Source: a virus
Taxonomy: Duplodnaviria; Caudoviricetes
Reading direction: 5' to 3' (one strand)
Length of the DNA: 56,597 nt
IMG/VR virus record: IMGVR_UViG_3300030419_006978
Location: 1 to 56,597 of that record
A model generated the notes under the pieces. It worked only from the letters and a program-made list of their open reading frames with translations, was not told the origin of the DNA and made no database searches. Shown here piece by piece: positions 44,513-54,349 of the stretch (the first letter of the stretch is position 1; each line of letters starts with the position of its first letter). Position numbers and translations under genes: made by a program.

Positions 44513-47392
44513 TTAGTCCTCAAATGACGCTCCACTATCCGTGATTACAAAATCAATCGCGATAAATTCAATCGCCCTAGCAGGCTTAAGCAAAATCTTT
44601 GCATACATGATATTTCTATCAATCAGATCCGGAGTCGTAGTAGTCTCATCTAGCACCACCTTGAAGTCGGCAAGACCAAGCCTTGCTCGGACACTTCTTA
44701 AGAAGGGCTCAACCTCACCGTGGAACCTGTTCCATGTTGACGAAACATTTTGGTCAAACAACAGCCTTGAGGCAATAAACGAGATCCTCTTCTTGACAAA
44801 GATCATAAGCCGTCGAACGTTAACTCTGTCCAGGGCTGACCTAGTGACCTGTAGAGTCTTCTGTCCAAAGATCACGATACCTTCCGCCGGGAAGCTAGCA
44901 ATCGGGTTAATGTTTGCGCTGTACAACTGGTCTCTGTCCTTAGAGGTTAGTCGTTGGCGCACTCCGATGACCGGAATTCCCGCTGCACCTTCGGTTAAGC
45001 CACCCCGGGTGAAGCCTGCGGGGGCAAACCATGGCTCAGCGCGGCGATCAACACTTGAGAAAGTGCCGATAGCTGCCACCGAGGGCGGTGCCCACAGAGA
45101 CGCGTCACTTAGAGTATCCTTAATGCGTACCCATGGGAAGTAGGCGCAACCATAGCTACTGTTAATTCCTCTATCCCGCAGTGCGGAAATAGTGTCAGAC
45201 ACAGCAGTAGAAGCATGCCTTGATTCCTCGGTATTTGCGTTCTCGTGACTCGGCACATAGCCGCTAGCGAGGTCGATGACCGCAAGAGAGTCTGCTCGGT
45301 CCTCACAGATGTTAATTAAGTGAGAAGTCAAAGCAGCATTCGTTAATCCGGGCATCGATGCCAAGTTCATCTCGACTACCTCTGGGTCAGCGATAGAATC
45401 CATCGCCCTCTTCACAGAGTTATAAGCATAGTTGTTGAACTGGGTCTTACCCGAGAGAAGGGAGTTCCGGAAGGGCTCCTTCTCCTTGATATCCAAGCCA
45501 TCATGACCGCCGAAGAAAGGAGCAGTGAACCTATCAAATCCGTTATCCAGAATCTTGGTATATCCGCCCGAGACCGCCGTAAAAGAGTGACCCGCTGCAC
45601 GGGAACCACTGGAGTATGCGGCGTTTCTAGCATTTAGAGGCTTAACATCGTCGAGCGTGAAGATCCACGAATGTTCAGTCCTCGCTCCAGCTGCGAAGGA
45701 ATCGATTCCATCCGGCTTAGAGCGGACAATGTCCCTGACACTGTCTTCAAACCTAGTGCTCGTAGCAGATTTGCCATACTGAGCGCCGAAGTAAGCTTCC
45801 TTGGGATTTGACATCCCGCCATCAGAGGCTGAAATTCTCAAAGGCAGCGTGGGATAGTTAAAGACCCCAGCCCATGCGTGGGCGGTCTCGCCAGTCGTTG
45901 TTACGACGAACTGACCAAAGCCGTGCCCGCCTGCAATTTGATAAGAGCCAGTTTCCGGTCCAATTAATCCCGCCTTCTGTGCGAAAGCGTTTGTCGGGCG
46001 ACTCGTGGTTGAGCCGCTCGTCACGGTAAAGGACTTGAACTTCAAAGGTCCGTATACACCAAATGGCAGGAACCTAGCATCGGTGGCACCGTTGTCCACC
46101 TCTTGATTCATCTCTACCCTTATAAATCTGGACTTGTTATCATAAGCACCTAGTTCACGGTATCTCCGCTCGCCGTCGTCCCAGATTCTGCGAATATCTC
46201 CAATCTTCTTAGCCAAGTAGTTTGGAGAATGCGGGTTCAAGTCGCAATTGCTGAACTTTTCAACAACCACAACTGCGTTATCGGAGTCCTTAATGTCTCT
46301 CAGGACCACGTCGAACGTACCATATGGATCCGCGTCAGTCGTGGCGGCAGCGATGTTTTCGATAGACACCTTGAGGTTGTTTTGCACCCACTCACCGTGC
46401 TGCAAGCCGTGAAACTTGAAGAGCTTTGTGGTATAGGTAGCATTATCCGCATCAGGTGTGAAGCTGTTTGCGCTACCAGAGGTGACTATGCCCAAATCTT
46501 GTGAAATAAACCAACCGGTCTGGGAGTCAATTAGAGACTCTCTCTGGTACAGCTTGCCCTTGAGGTCTGCCCAATAGCTCGTGCCATCTCCCAGACCCAT
46601 AATACATCCATGAATCGTGTCCGATCCACCACCTAGACCACTGGTGTCCGCAATTGCTCGCTCGAACGTTTCTCCGAGCCAAAGCTCCTCTCGGACGCCG
46701 CTAGGAGTAATCGAAGTATTGCATAGCGTTGGGTTAGTGTTGAACACTTTACGAATATACTTATCAGAAGTCTCTGCGAAGTTGAATGTCACCTTCTTAT
46801 TAGTTGTACTAGAGGTGACCAGTAGGGTAAACTCTTGATTCGCCCCGGTATTTGCGATAAGTTGAGCGTTTTTGGCTGTAGTGCCGCCACCTCGGGCTGA
46901 TCCCGAGAGGCTTACGTGCATACCGTTTCTGTCACAATACCAAACTGCAGCCAACATTCCCGTCGGTGCGGCTCCGGAGTTAAACAGCCACAAACCATAA
47001 GCTCCACCGGTCGTTCCGGCGAGGTTGCCAGCGGTTGACCAGCCAGCAGCACCATCCGAAGTGGCATCGCGGTGTTGAGAACCAAGAAGCCTAACGACGG
47101 TGCAGGGGCTACTATTTCTTAGCCACGCCTGGGCAGCGTACGCTGCGTATGTGGGGGCTAAGCTGTTGCCCTCTCTCCAGATATCGCCTCCGCGACCTCC
47201 TGGGACGGGTTCTCCAAAAACGGTTACAAAATCCGAGAAGGAATCAACCTGCACAGGAGCCATGGCGGGACCTCGTGCAAATCTTCCAATTAATACCGGA
47301 CCTACGCCTAGTGGCTCAGCCGGTAGTTGGGAGTTATCAATCTCGTTAATGAATACGCCGGGGGATACAAATTTAAACTTCTTTACTGACAT
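44513..47392 (-). CDS. Contractile tail sheath protein (gp18-like)
   Basis: FVSPGVFINEID, FARGP, PWFAPAG..RG, LYSANINPI, FGQKTL, SALDRVNVRRL, PARAIEFI. Confidence 0.96.
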   Translation of the reverse strand: MSVKKFKFVSPGVFINEIDNSQLPAEPLGVGPVLIGRFARGPAMAPVQVDSFSDFVTVFGEPVPGGRGGDIWREGNSLAPTYAAYAAQAWLRNSSPCTVVRLLGSQHRDATSDGAAGWSTAGNLAGTTGGAYGLWLFNSGAAPTGMLAAVWYCDRNGMHVSLSGSARGGGTTAKNAQLIANTGANQEFTLLVTSSTTNKKVTFNFAETSDKYIRKVFNTNPTLCNTSITPSGVREELWLGETFERAIADTSGLGGGSDTIHGCIMGLGDGTSYWADLKGKLYQRESLIDSQTGWFISQDLGIVTSGSANSFTPDADNATYTTKLFKFHGLQHGEWVQNNLKVSIENIAAATTDADPYGTFDVVLRDIKDSDNAVVVVEKFSNCDLNPHSPNYLAKKIGDIRRIWDDGERRYRELGAYDNKSRFIRVEMNQEVDNGATDARFLPFGVYGPLKFKSFTVTSGSTTSRPTNAFAQKAGLIGPETGSYQIAGGHGFGQFVVTTTGETAHAWAGVFNYPTLPLRISASDGGMSNPKEAYFGAQYGKSATSTRFEDSVRDIVRSKPDGIDSFAAGARTEHSWIFTLDDVKPLNARNAAYSSGSRAAGHSFTAVSGGYTKILDNGFDRFTAPFFGGHDGLDIKEKEPFRNSLLSGKTQFNNYAYNSVKRAMDSIADPEVVEMNLASMPGLTNAALTSHLINICEDRADSLAVIDLASGYVPSHENANTEESRHASTAVSDTISALRDRGINSSYGCAYFPWVRIKDTLSDASLWAPPSVAAIGTFSSVDRRAEPWFAPAGFTRGGLTEGAAGIPVIGVRQRLTSKDRDQLYSANINPIASFPAEGIVIFGQKTLQVTRSALDRVNVRRLMIFVKKRISFIASRLLFDQNVSSTWNRFHGEVEPFLRSVRARLGLADFKVVLDETTTTPDLIDRNIMYAKILLKPARAIEFIAIDFVITDSGASFED

Positions 47393-47455
47393 TCCTCAAC
47401 ACTCCTTATCCGATGAAAATTCTAGTGTTTTCTCGGTGAACTATATTTCTGTTAC

Positions 47456-47463
47456 TAAATAGT
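47456..47463 (-). promoter_or_regulatory. Putative late promoter ACTATTTA for the sheath gene
   Basis: Recurring intergenic motif. Confidence 0.75.
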
Positions 47464-47513
47464 CGTTCGAAACCCGAAAGTCCATCTATTATTTATAAAA
47501 AGCTCGGACACTG

Positions 47514-48653
47514 TTAACAGGACTCAAAGGGCTCAGGAGTCAATTGCGGATCTGGTCGCGAGTCCTCGACGCCATCGCGATTCTCATCTATAATAGTTCT
47601 GGCTCGTATACGAGTTACGGAGCTGTCTCGGGAAGCGCCCCTGCCGACTCTGCCTCCTGCACTGGAGCCTGCGGCGGTTTCCTCTGGCGGAAGGTCTCCG
47701 GGGAAGGTGTCGGCAGCTGCCATTACACGGGTGGACGGATCGTCCCGATAAAAGCCACGCGTAACCCGCTGGCTATCTGGAACAAGATTATCGTTTCTGT
47801 CCCCAAGAATCGAACGCTCGCGAGGAGTGCTGACTGTGACTGCACTTTCTCTATAAACTATCATCGGCTTCTCTTCGTTGGGTCCTCCACCAAGCAAGTA
47901 GCCAAGTACCTTTATTTCGATGGTTGTTTTATATACCCGAGACTCCTCATCCATGTTTGCAGAATTATTCTCCTGAGAATAGTCTTGCTGAATAAAAGCC
48001 TCGTATACATGTCCATCCCTTGTCATCAAGAAATAGTTGAGGGCAGCCCCGGGCTCCGGTCCGACCCTTGTCATGAAGGGGGTTATAAGCTCGTTAATCT
48101 GCTGTTGATATTCACACTGAAGGACTATAGAGTATGATACATCAACATAAACAGGCATTGGAATTGTTATTGATTCAAAGATGGGCTTGCTTATTTTTCT
48201 CGTTCTAAAATTTACCTGACCATGCCCAACACCGCCGCGAGTTTTCTTGCCGGTATGAGCGTTTGTGTGCCGAGCCGTTACTTCTTGCTTAATCCTTCTG
48301 CCGATTGTTATCGATCCTCCCTTGCCGTCCTTGACGGGGGGCACGTTTCCCCAATAAATGCCCTTTTTGCCTGGATCTTTTGCCATTGCCGTTCGCTCAA
48401 TGGTTAGCAGTGGGAGCTTGAGAATATTATTGATATCCCGTAAGTCCCTATTGTGCTTGGTCTGGAAAGCTCGTTCCGCAGAAACCCACAGGACCGGTGT
48501 TCTTACCCACCCTTTGTTCGTTGTAGAGTGCAAATTGAGCCCCTCCACCCAATCCAGCATTGCTGCATCAATTGTCTCTATCGTTGACGGTTTAAGCTCC
48601 TTTTCCCTTAAGATACTAGGGTTGCGAAGACCCGTATAATGTTTAGGTGGCAT
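47514..48653 (-). CDS. Tail terminator/completion protein (gp15-like) with low-complexity C-terminal extension
   Basis: TIETIDAAM, PVLW..AER, LPLLTIER, PVYVDVSY; start MPPKH overlaps the upstream stop. Confidence 0.65.
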   Translation of the reverse strand: MPPKHYTGLRNPSILREKELKPSTIETIDAAMLDWVEGLNLHSTTNKGWVRTPVLWVSAERAFQTKHNRDLRDINNILKLPLLTIERTAMAKDPGKKGIYWGNVPPVKDGKGGSITIGRRIKQEVTARHTNAHTGKKTRGGVGHGQVNFRTRKISKPIFESITIPMPVYVDVSYSIVLQCEYQQQINELITPFMTRVGPEPGAALNYFLMTRDGHVYEAFIQQDYSQENNSANMDEESRVYKTTIEIKVLGYLLGGGPNEEKPMIVYRESAVTVSTPRERSILGDRNDNLVPDSQRVTRGFYRDDPSTRVMAAADTFPGDLPPEETAAGSSAGGRVGRGASRDSSVTRIRARTIIDENRDGVEDSRPDPQLTPEPFESC

Positions 48654-49140
48654 CGAACAGTCCCTCCCGTGCCCTGACGCACTTGGCAGAAATTTCCACC
48701 ATAGTGTCCGGTTGACCAAATAGTTGCGTAGGCTCAGATAAGGTCATTATTTCGTAAAAAACATCACTGTACAACACAAAATCTCCCTGACGGACATACA
48801 GGTCTTGGTCCTCAGTCAGTCTCCTTTTGTGAAAATGTATAACAATCGATGCGTTTTGATCAACGCCTATGTTCTGGTTATATGTTGATGAAAACTCTTC
48901 CCACTCAACAAGTGCGTAGACCCTTATTGGAGATAGGAAAGTTTTGTTTATAGCCTCCCCATAAACAGGGTGATAGTTGGTCCTATTGACATCAACAGCA
49001 TAGTAAAGCACTTGCTGTCCGATGACCCTTTCGATCAACTCATCGTTAACCTGCTTAACAAGGTCCTTTTCCTTCTTCCCTAAAAATAAGGGAGGAGGAG
49101 GATTATCTGGTTGGGACCATTTGTTATCGTCTTGTGACAT
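48643..49140 (-). CDS. Neck/head-closure protein (gp14-like)
   Basis: ELIERVIGQQVLYY, VYGE, GDFVLY..VFYEI; synteny. Confidence 0.7.
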   Translation of the reverse strand: MSQDDNKWSQPDNPPPPLFLGKKEKDLVKQVNDELIERVIGQQVLYYAVDVNRTNYHPVYGEAINKTFLSPIRVYALVEWEEFSSTYNQNIGVDQNASIVIHFHKRRLTEDQDLYVRQGDFVLYSDVFYEIMTLSEPTQLFGQPDTMVEISAKCVRAREGLFDAT

Positions 49141-49146
49141 TTAGGA

Positions 49147-50430
49147 CTACCCCACAAAAATGCCCATTGGCATCTTTTGCAATGTTCGGTCAGCGCCCTC
49201 AATGAGCTTGGCGTCGTCCTCGATAAGCTCGCTATATCGCATGCTATCCAGCAACTCTTTAAGCTCTTCTCTGAGCTTGTCTTGCTCCTCCTTCCCCTGA
49301 GATACCAAGTCTGTGCCGTTCAGCGAAACCTCGCTTCCTGGGATCGGGATCGATCCAAATTTGCTGCGCACGTACCCAAGCATCTCCTTAGTTAGCGCTA
49401 GGGCAAATCTTCTTATCCATTGTTTTCCGATACTGTTGATGTTTTGGTATGGTAAGTTCTCAAACGGAAGGGTATTCATATTGTTGATGCCATCGGTGCC
49501 AATATCTTTATCAGAGTCATAGTCCCAGGCATCGTCTGGTACAGAAAACTCAATCCAGAACTTGGAAGGGGAAACTTCAACGGGGGTTGGGAACAGTCTT
49601 AGCTTATTGTTTTTAATCTCATACGAATAGTGAGAATTCCTAGTATATATGGCATCTTCAAATCCGTAAGCTTGCATCTTATTCTGCCACACCGGAACAA
49701 TTTCCCACTGGGAATCGTCAGCCCACTGACCATAGTTGTGAAGGTTTCCAACAGCGTTAAGCCCGCCATAATAACCATAAAATCTCCACATAGCATGCGG
49801 AGTCTTGTAGTAGACCTTTTTAATTACAATTCTTTTGTTTCCGACCAAGCCATAAAAGTCTGAATCAGTGTCGTTTGCTGACGAAGATACAATCTGCTGT
49901 AAGTCGTAATCAGACTGGCTCGCAACTCTATTAAAAGATGCTGAAAAGATTGTGTTATATCCGCCAACGTTTGCTTCTGTTGAAATACCATCGGCAACTC
50001 GTCGTGCATATGCAAAATCAAACTTTGGAAATTTTAAGGCGATATTTGATCCGGATAGAGACTCTCCGGTTTTCATCTGACCGTCATGGTCAAACGTGCC
50101 GGTTGTGTTTCCCATGACATTGGCTAAAATGTTTTTTGATTGATGCGTGTTAACTAAAAAGGAGTACTCTAAAACCGCCTCTTCATAAGCCGAATATACA
50201 TTTCCAACGGTCAATTCAATGTCGAGCACATCACCGCCCAACTTTTTGTATGTATACGCAACCTGATCGACGGCACCAGATACAAAATTCGGGTCATAAA
50301 GTGTCGAAGACCTGTCGGCGTATACTCCAAAAGGATAGTTTGTCAGAACAATTGCGGTTGCAGCACTACCCGTAGAAGTTAGTGTTATTGTACTAAGAGT
50401 AGACGCTGGCGTAAGAGTTGGTCTAGCCAT
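49147..50430 (-). CDS. Neck/head-tail adaptor (gp13-like)
   Basis: KLGGDVLDIELT, WIRRFALALTKEMLG.VRSKF, LNG..L; follows the capsid gene. Confidence 0.85.
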   Translation of the reverse strand: MARPTLTPASTLSTITLTSTGSAATAIVLTNYPFGVYADRSSTLYDPNFVSGAVDQVAYTYKKLGGDVLDIELTVGNVYSAYEEAVLEYSFLVNTHQSKNILANVMGNTTGTFDHDGQMKTGESLSGSNIALKFPKFDFAYARRVADGISTEANVGGYNTIFSASFNRVASQSDYDLQQIVSSSANDTDSDFYGLVGNKRIVIKKVYYKTPHAMWRFYGYYGGLNAVGNLHNYGQWADDSQWEIVPVWQNKMQAYGFEDAIYTRNSHYSYEIKNNKLRLFPTPVEVSPSKFWIEFSVPDDAWDYDSDKDIGTDGINNMNTLPFENLPYQNINSIGKQWIRRFALALTKEMLGYVRSKFGSIPIPGSEVSLNGTDLVSQGKEEQDKLREELKELLDSMRYSELIEDDAKLIEGADRTLQKMPMGIFVG

Positions 50431-50449
50431 GAGATACAGCCCTCCACTT

Positions 50450-50457
50450 TAAATAGT
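50450..50457 (-). promoter_or_regulatory. Putative late promoter ACTATTTA for the neck genes
   Basis: Recurring motif after the capsid terminator. Confidence 0.75.
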
Positions 50458-50490
50458 TAGCGCTACCTTTAAACGCTGCAGAGATAAATA

Positions 50491-50522
50491 AAAACCCCAT
50501 CTTCCGAAGAAGATGGGGTTTT
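50491..50522 (-). terminator. Intrinsic terminator after the capsid gene, C(UUCG)G loop
   Basis: AAAACCCCATCTTC-TTCG-GAAGATGGGGTTTT. Confidence 0.92.
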
Positions 50523-50551
50523 CAAATTACAGTAAACCGTAGTCTACAGTT

Positions 50552-52282
50552 TTAGACCAAATCAGCCACAATGACCAACCCGTACATATCAGGTCGCACC
50601 ATCTTCTTGGCGTATCGAGTCATCACGCCCTTGCGGGGCACGAAGTCTTCGATACCGAAGATCGTGGGAGTGACCTGTAGTGGCACGTAAGGCGCATACA
50701 CGTAACCGCTTTCTAGGAAGCTGTTACCTCTGCGTCCGACGAGGATCACGTTCCGAATAAAATACGGATCGACCCAAACGTCCCACTTCTTGCTCAAGTT
50801 GCCCACATTGACAGCACCTACGGTGCCCTTGTTGTCGTCGTGAGTGACCTTTGCTCGGAATCCAGCAGTGAACTCAAGGATGTTCGCAACTTCAGGTGAA
50901 ACCACGATGAAGTTAGCGCCACCCCGTAGAGTCTTGCGATGGATCTGAGCCGATACGTCGTTAATGGTCTCGACCAAAGTCTCATACCACTCACTAACCG
51001 TACCGGTGAAGTCAGGGGTTGCCGTAGTGGCACCGATTTCCTGACCGTCCAGCCTATTAACAAATCGACCAGCAGCGCGTGACCAGTAACGAGTACCAGC
51101 CTGTGCTCCCTTAACGAGATCCTCAAGGATTTCGCGATCAATCTCTAGAGCAATTTGCTCAGACAGAATGCTAGTAAGCTCAACCTCGGCATCGAGATTG
51201 TGATAAGCATTCAAATCCTGACCAAGCTCCGGAGTCCACTTCGCCTTGAGTTTCTTGGTGATAGCCGTCACGGAGACGCTATCGACCTGAATGTTGATCT
51301 CGGCAATGTTGGACTGATTTTCCAGATTCCAGTTGTCCTGTCCAACAACCGCACCAAGTGCATTGCTGGATCCAGCAGCCGGGGTTCCGTCAAACCGGTC
51401 AACAGTCGGGACTGCAACGCTCAAAGCAGCATCTGCTGCAGTAGCTAGCGTAGTCGACGTATTGGTACTGGCAGTCGCCTCGGTCACAACATAAATGTGA
51501 GTTCTGGTACTACCACTGAACTGCGTCAAACGACGCACAGGTCGACCATCGGTGAAAGTCGGCGTAATCGCCACCAAATCATCCATGTTGACCTTGTCGC
51601 CGCCCGAGGTCAAGCTAGAGACCGCTATCTTCGCAACAGCAACCTTCGATCCCGAGAGATCTTGATCATATCTCAAAATCTTATCGAGTTCTCGCCCTTG
51701 AGCGCTAGTGTCAACACCACCACCAACGGTAGAGTTGAAGGACGCCTGACCGCCTGCCGTACCAGAAGCAACTAGAACAGTTGCAACGGAAGACAAGGAA
51801 GCCGTAGGAGACGCATACGCGTTGTTAAGGTTGTAGAAGCCCTTCTCGGCATTAGCACCACTAAGGTCAACACCGCCGGTCACCTGCTGACCAACAACAC
51901 CGCCACCATACAGCGATTCATTCGCTGCGGCACCTAGCTTAGCACCATTGTGCTGGAAGTCTAGGAAGAAGATAAGTCCACTGGGTAGACTCATCGGCTG
52001 AACTGACACAAGGTCGTTCGCAATCAAACCGCCGAAAACACGACGAACAATGGGGAAAGCGACAGAAGCAAAACCTTCTACGTCACCCGCAGCCATTGTA
52101 GAAGCCTCACGGAGAAGCTCGCGAGCCTGATTCTCAAGCAAAGAAGCCATATTCTGGCGATCCTTGTCGTTACCAAGCCCTTCTAGAAGACCAGTCTTTT
52201 CCCACTTAGTTAAAAGCGCCTGACCTTCTCTCGAAAGATCACGGTTGACAATGCCTTCTGTTAGTTTTTCTAAAACAGACAT
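50552..52282 (-). CDS. Major capsid protein, T4 gp23 family
   Basis: LLENQ, PIVRR, VQPMSLPSGLIF, KLKAKWTPELGQDLNAYH.LDAE.EL, EIDREI, YAPYVPL, GVMTRY. Confidence 0.97.
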   Translation of the reverse strand: MSVLEKLTEGIVNRDLSREGQALLTKWEKTGLLEGLGNDKDRQNMASLLENQARELLREASTMAAGDVEGFASVAFPIVRRVFGGLIANDLVSVQPMSLPSGLIFFLDFQHNGAKLGAAANESLYGGGVVGQQVTGGVDLSGANAEKGFYNLNNAYASPTASLSSVATVLVASGTAGGQASFNSTVGGGVDTSAQGRELDKILRYDQDLSGSKVAVAKIAVSSLTSGGDKVNMDDLVAITPTFTDGRPVRRLTQFSGSTRTHIYVVTEATASTNTSTTLATAADAALSVAVPTVDRFDGTPAAGSSNALGAVVGQDNWNLENQSNIAEINIQVDSVSVTAITKKLKAKWTPELGQDLNAYHNLDAEVELTSILSEQIALEIDREILEDLVKGAQAGTRYWSRAAGRFVNRLDGQEIGATTATPDFTGTVSEWYETLVETINDVSAQIHRKTLRGGANFIVVSPEVANILEFTAGFRAKVTHDDNKGTVGAVNVGNLSKKWDVWVDPYFIRNVILVGRRGNSFLESGYVYAPYVPLQVTPTIFGIEDFVPRKGVMTRYAKKMVRPDMYGLVIVADLV

Positions 52283-52314
52283 TAATTTGTACCTCCTTTA
52301 TAGTATTTTGTAGT

Positions 52315-53436
52315 CTATTCCTTGATCCCAGCCAAACGCTTCATGCGCCGTAACTGTGGATCATTGCCAAGTGCCTTAGACTCTCGTCTAGACACAATAA
52401 GAGAAGAGTGCTTCGTTACTGCCTCGCTAAGTGATTTCGGTCGTCGTCTCCGCTTGGAGTTCGTACCCACTGCGCTCTGAAGCGTTTCATATATAACTTT
52501 CGCCTCTTCCATCGAACCAGCATTCGAAATAGACTCGACAATTTCATCTTTTTGTCGCTCATTCAAGGAGGTGCTATTCAAAATCCGATTCGTATAATGT
52601 AATCTTGCATTCATAAGATTTACTTCGTCCAACTTCTCTTTTAAAGTGACGATAGCAGTCTTATATTTTTCATTTTCTTTTTTAAGTTGATTCAGTTGCT
52701 CTTCAAGCTCGTCAGAGTCATCCTCATCCGCTCCAGCTTCCTCTTGGATGGCGGGATCTTTCTCTTTTGCAGCAGCAATATCGGCTTGATGCTCTAATTC
52801 GGGGTCGGCTTTGTCTGCCCAGCCCGATTTGGTGACAGAATTATGAACTCTGAGTTCTTCCTCTACGATTTCCCCAAGAATGTCAGCGAGATCGGCAGCG
52901 TCAAAGTCGATGCCCTCTTCCAGCGCAGCGTTACCGCCGCCAGAGTCCTCTTTGTAAGAGCGCCCAGCTTCTCGCCCTGCAGACTTGCTAGGATCGTTCC
53001 TCTTTCTACGCTCTTCCAGTTCCTCTTCGTTCTCTTCGTCTTCTTGAAGTGCCATTTCTGCACCTAATTGTTCTCTGTCCATCATGTCGCTAGCCTCCGC
53101 TGGCTCTTCTTCAAATGCAGCCTCAAGCTCCGGGAAGTCTAAAACTATAACTTGCTCTTGATTTTCAATCGGTCCACCCGACCCTTCTGCGCCCTCTTCG
53201 GCGGCATAGTTTAAGTGGTCTTCTACCCACTCGGAAGGCTCACCCTCCTCACCCGCGAGGGCGTCTAATTCTCCACCACCAAATTCGTCCTGCTCTCCTA
53301 GAAGAGAGTCGACTGCAGACTTAATTTCGTCAGAATATTTCTCAACAACCATTGCCTCTGCATTCTTTAGAGCCGCCTCTTTGAGGGCAGCTGCATCAAC
53401 AATAGCTTGATCAAGCATAGATGACATATTGAACAC
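52315..53436 (-). CDS. Prohead scaffolding/core protein (gp22-like)
   Basis: Very acidic, coiled-coil, directly upstream of the capsid gene; ends RMKRLAGIKE. Confidence 0.8.
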   Translation of the reverse strand: MFNMSSMLDQAIVDAAALKEAALKNAEAMVVEKYSDEIKSAVDSLLGEQDEFGGGELDALAGEEGEPSEWVEDHLNYAAEEGAEGSGGPIENQEQVIVLDFPELEAAFEEEPAEASDMMDREQLGAEMALQEDEENEEELEERRKRNDPSKSAGREAGRSYKEDSGGGNAALEEGIDFDAADLADILGEIVEEELRVHNSVTKSGWADKADPELEHQADIAAAKEKDPAIQEEAGADEDDSDELEEQLNQLKKENEKYKTAIVTLKEKLDEVNLMNARLHYTNRILNSTSLNERQKDEIVESISNAGSMEEAKVIYETLQSAVGTNSKRRRRPKSLSEAVTKHSSLIVSRRESKALGNDPQLRRMKRLAGIKE

Positions 53437-53475
53437 TCCTATTCTTCTTTCTATAGAAAGATATTACTTCAGAAA

Positions 53476-53483
53476 TAAATAGT
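53476..53483 (-). promoter_or_regulatory. Putative late promoter ACTATTTA for scaffold and capsid
   Basis: Recurring intergenic motif. Confidence 0.75.
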
Positions 53484-53537
53484 ATTGAAAATGCTTAAAA
53501 GACTAATAAATTTGTTTATCTAGCAATGCCGATAAAA

Positions 53538-54269
53538 TTACTCGCCACCATGTGAGTTATCAACAAGTACCAACCATTCGTTGCCGGTTGACATTATCAT
53601 CAGCCCTTCTCCGGAGTTTTGTAGTGTCTTGGTGGATTCGCCGCCAACCGTCTCGCTAGAATTGGGATCAATAGTAATGTTAGAGTTGTTATCCGTGCTG
53701 TTGACAATATAATAAATCCTTCCGCCGCAGCCAGCTACAGCAGGCAAGGCTATGGTCATTATACCAGTGCCAGTGCATTGTACGAGAAAGTGCGAATCGT
53801 CTAAAGTAATGCCTGTTCCGGTTGATGTAACTTTGAGCGCAACAGAGCCGCTAACTCCGAGCGTGGATGTGGGGCTTGAGGTACCAATTCCAACACTGCC
53901 GCCCTGTTCTATCACCATTCTTTCGTTGCTGTCAGTTTTGAATGTTAGATCGTCAGTAGTATAATTGTTGTAGATAATCCACTTTCTTGTGCCGTTCTCA
54001 TAAAGCTCCAAGCCGGGGTGGCTGTTCGGAGCCCCATCGATCTTGACTCTAGCATCGTCATTAGCAACCTTAACATCGCCTTTTACATGCAATTTGGTAG
54101 CGGGGCTCGGAGTTCCAATGCCAACGTTCGACCCCGATATAACTACAGTATTGCTTCCGCCAGCAACTAAACCAATAGCATTGGGGCTGAAATCTATATA
54201 GGTGTCGGAATCATCTTCTGCGTATATATCGCCCTTGTTGACACTGCCCGTTGTATATTTGTACGCCAT
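53538..54269 (-). CDS. Short fibre/virion appendage protein
   Basis: NVGIGT.SP..KLHV repeats; C-terminal TIALP...GRIYYI..TIDP module. Confidence 0.75.
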   Translation of the reverse strand: MAYKYTTGSVNKGDIYAEDDSDTYIDFSPNAIGLVAGGSNTVVISGSNVGIGTPSPATKLHVKGDVKVANDDARVKIDGAPNSHPGLELYENGTRKWIIYNNYTTDDLTFKTDSNERMVIEQGGSVGIGTSSPTSTLGVSGSVALKVTSTGTGITLDDSHFLVQCTGTGIMTIALPAVAGCGGRIYYIVNSTDNNSNITIDPNSSETVGGESTKTLQNSGEGLMIMSTGNEWLVLVDNSHGGE

Positions 54270-54273
54270 GCAA

Positions 54274-54281
54274 TAACTAGT
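54274..54281 (-). promoter_or_regulatory. Putative late promoter ACTAGTTA
   Basis: 4 nt before the ATG, after a terminator. Confidence 0.65.
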
Positions 54282-54292
54282 TCCTAATAAAC

Positions 54293-54322
54293 AAAAAGGC
54301 AGCTGCCCGAAGGCAGCTGCCT
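54293..54322 (-). terminator. Intrinsic terminator, C(UUCG)G loop
   Basis: AGGCAGCTGCC-TTCG-GGCAGCTGCCTTTTT. Confidence 0.92.
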
Positions 54323-54349
54323 CAATGTTTTGTTCAAGACGCCTCTATC

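Noticed and set aside
48643-48719. Long overlaps suggesting more frameshifts (also 12471-12647, 27782-27820, 2345-2440)
   Set aside because: They come from the ORF caller choosing upstream alternative starts; internal ATGs give ordinary short stop/start overlaps.
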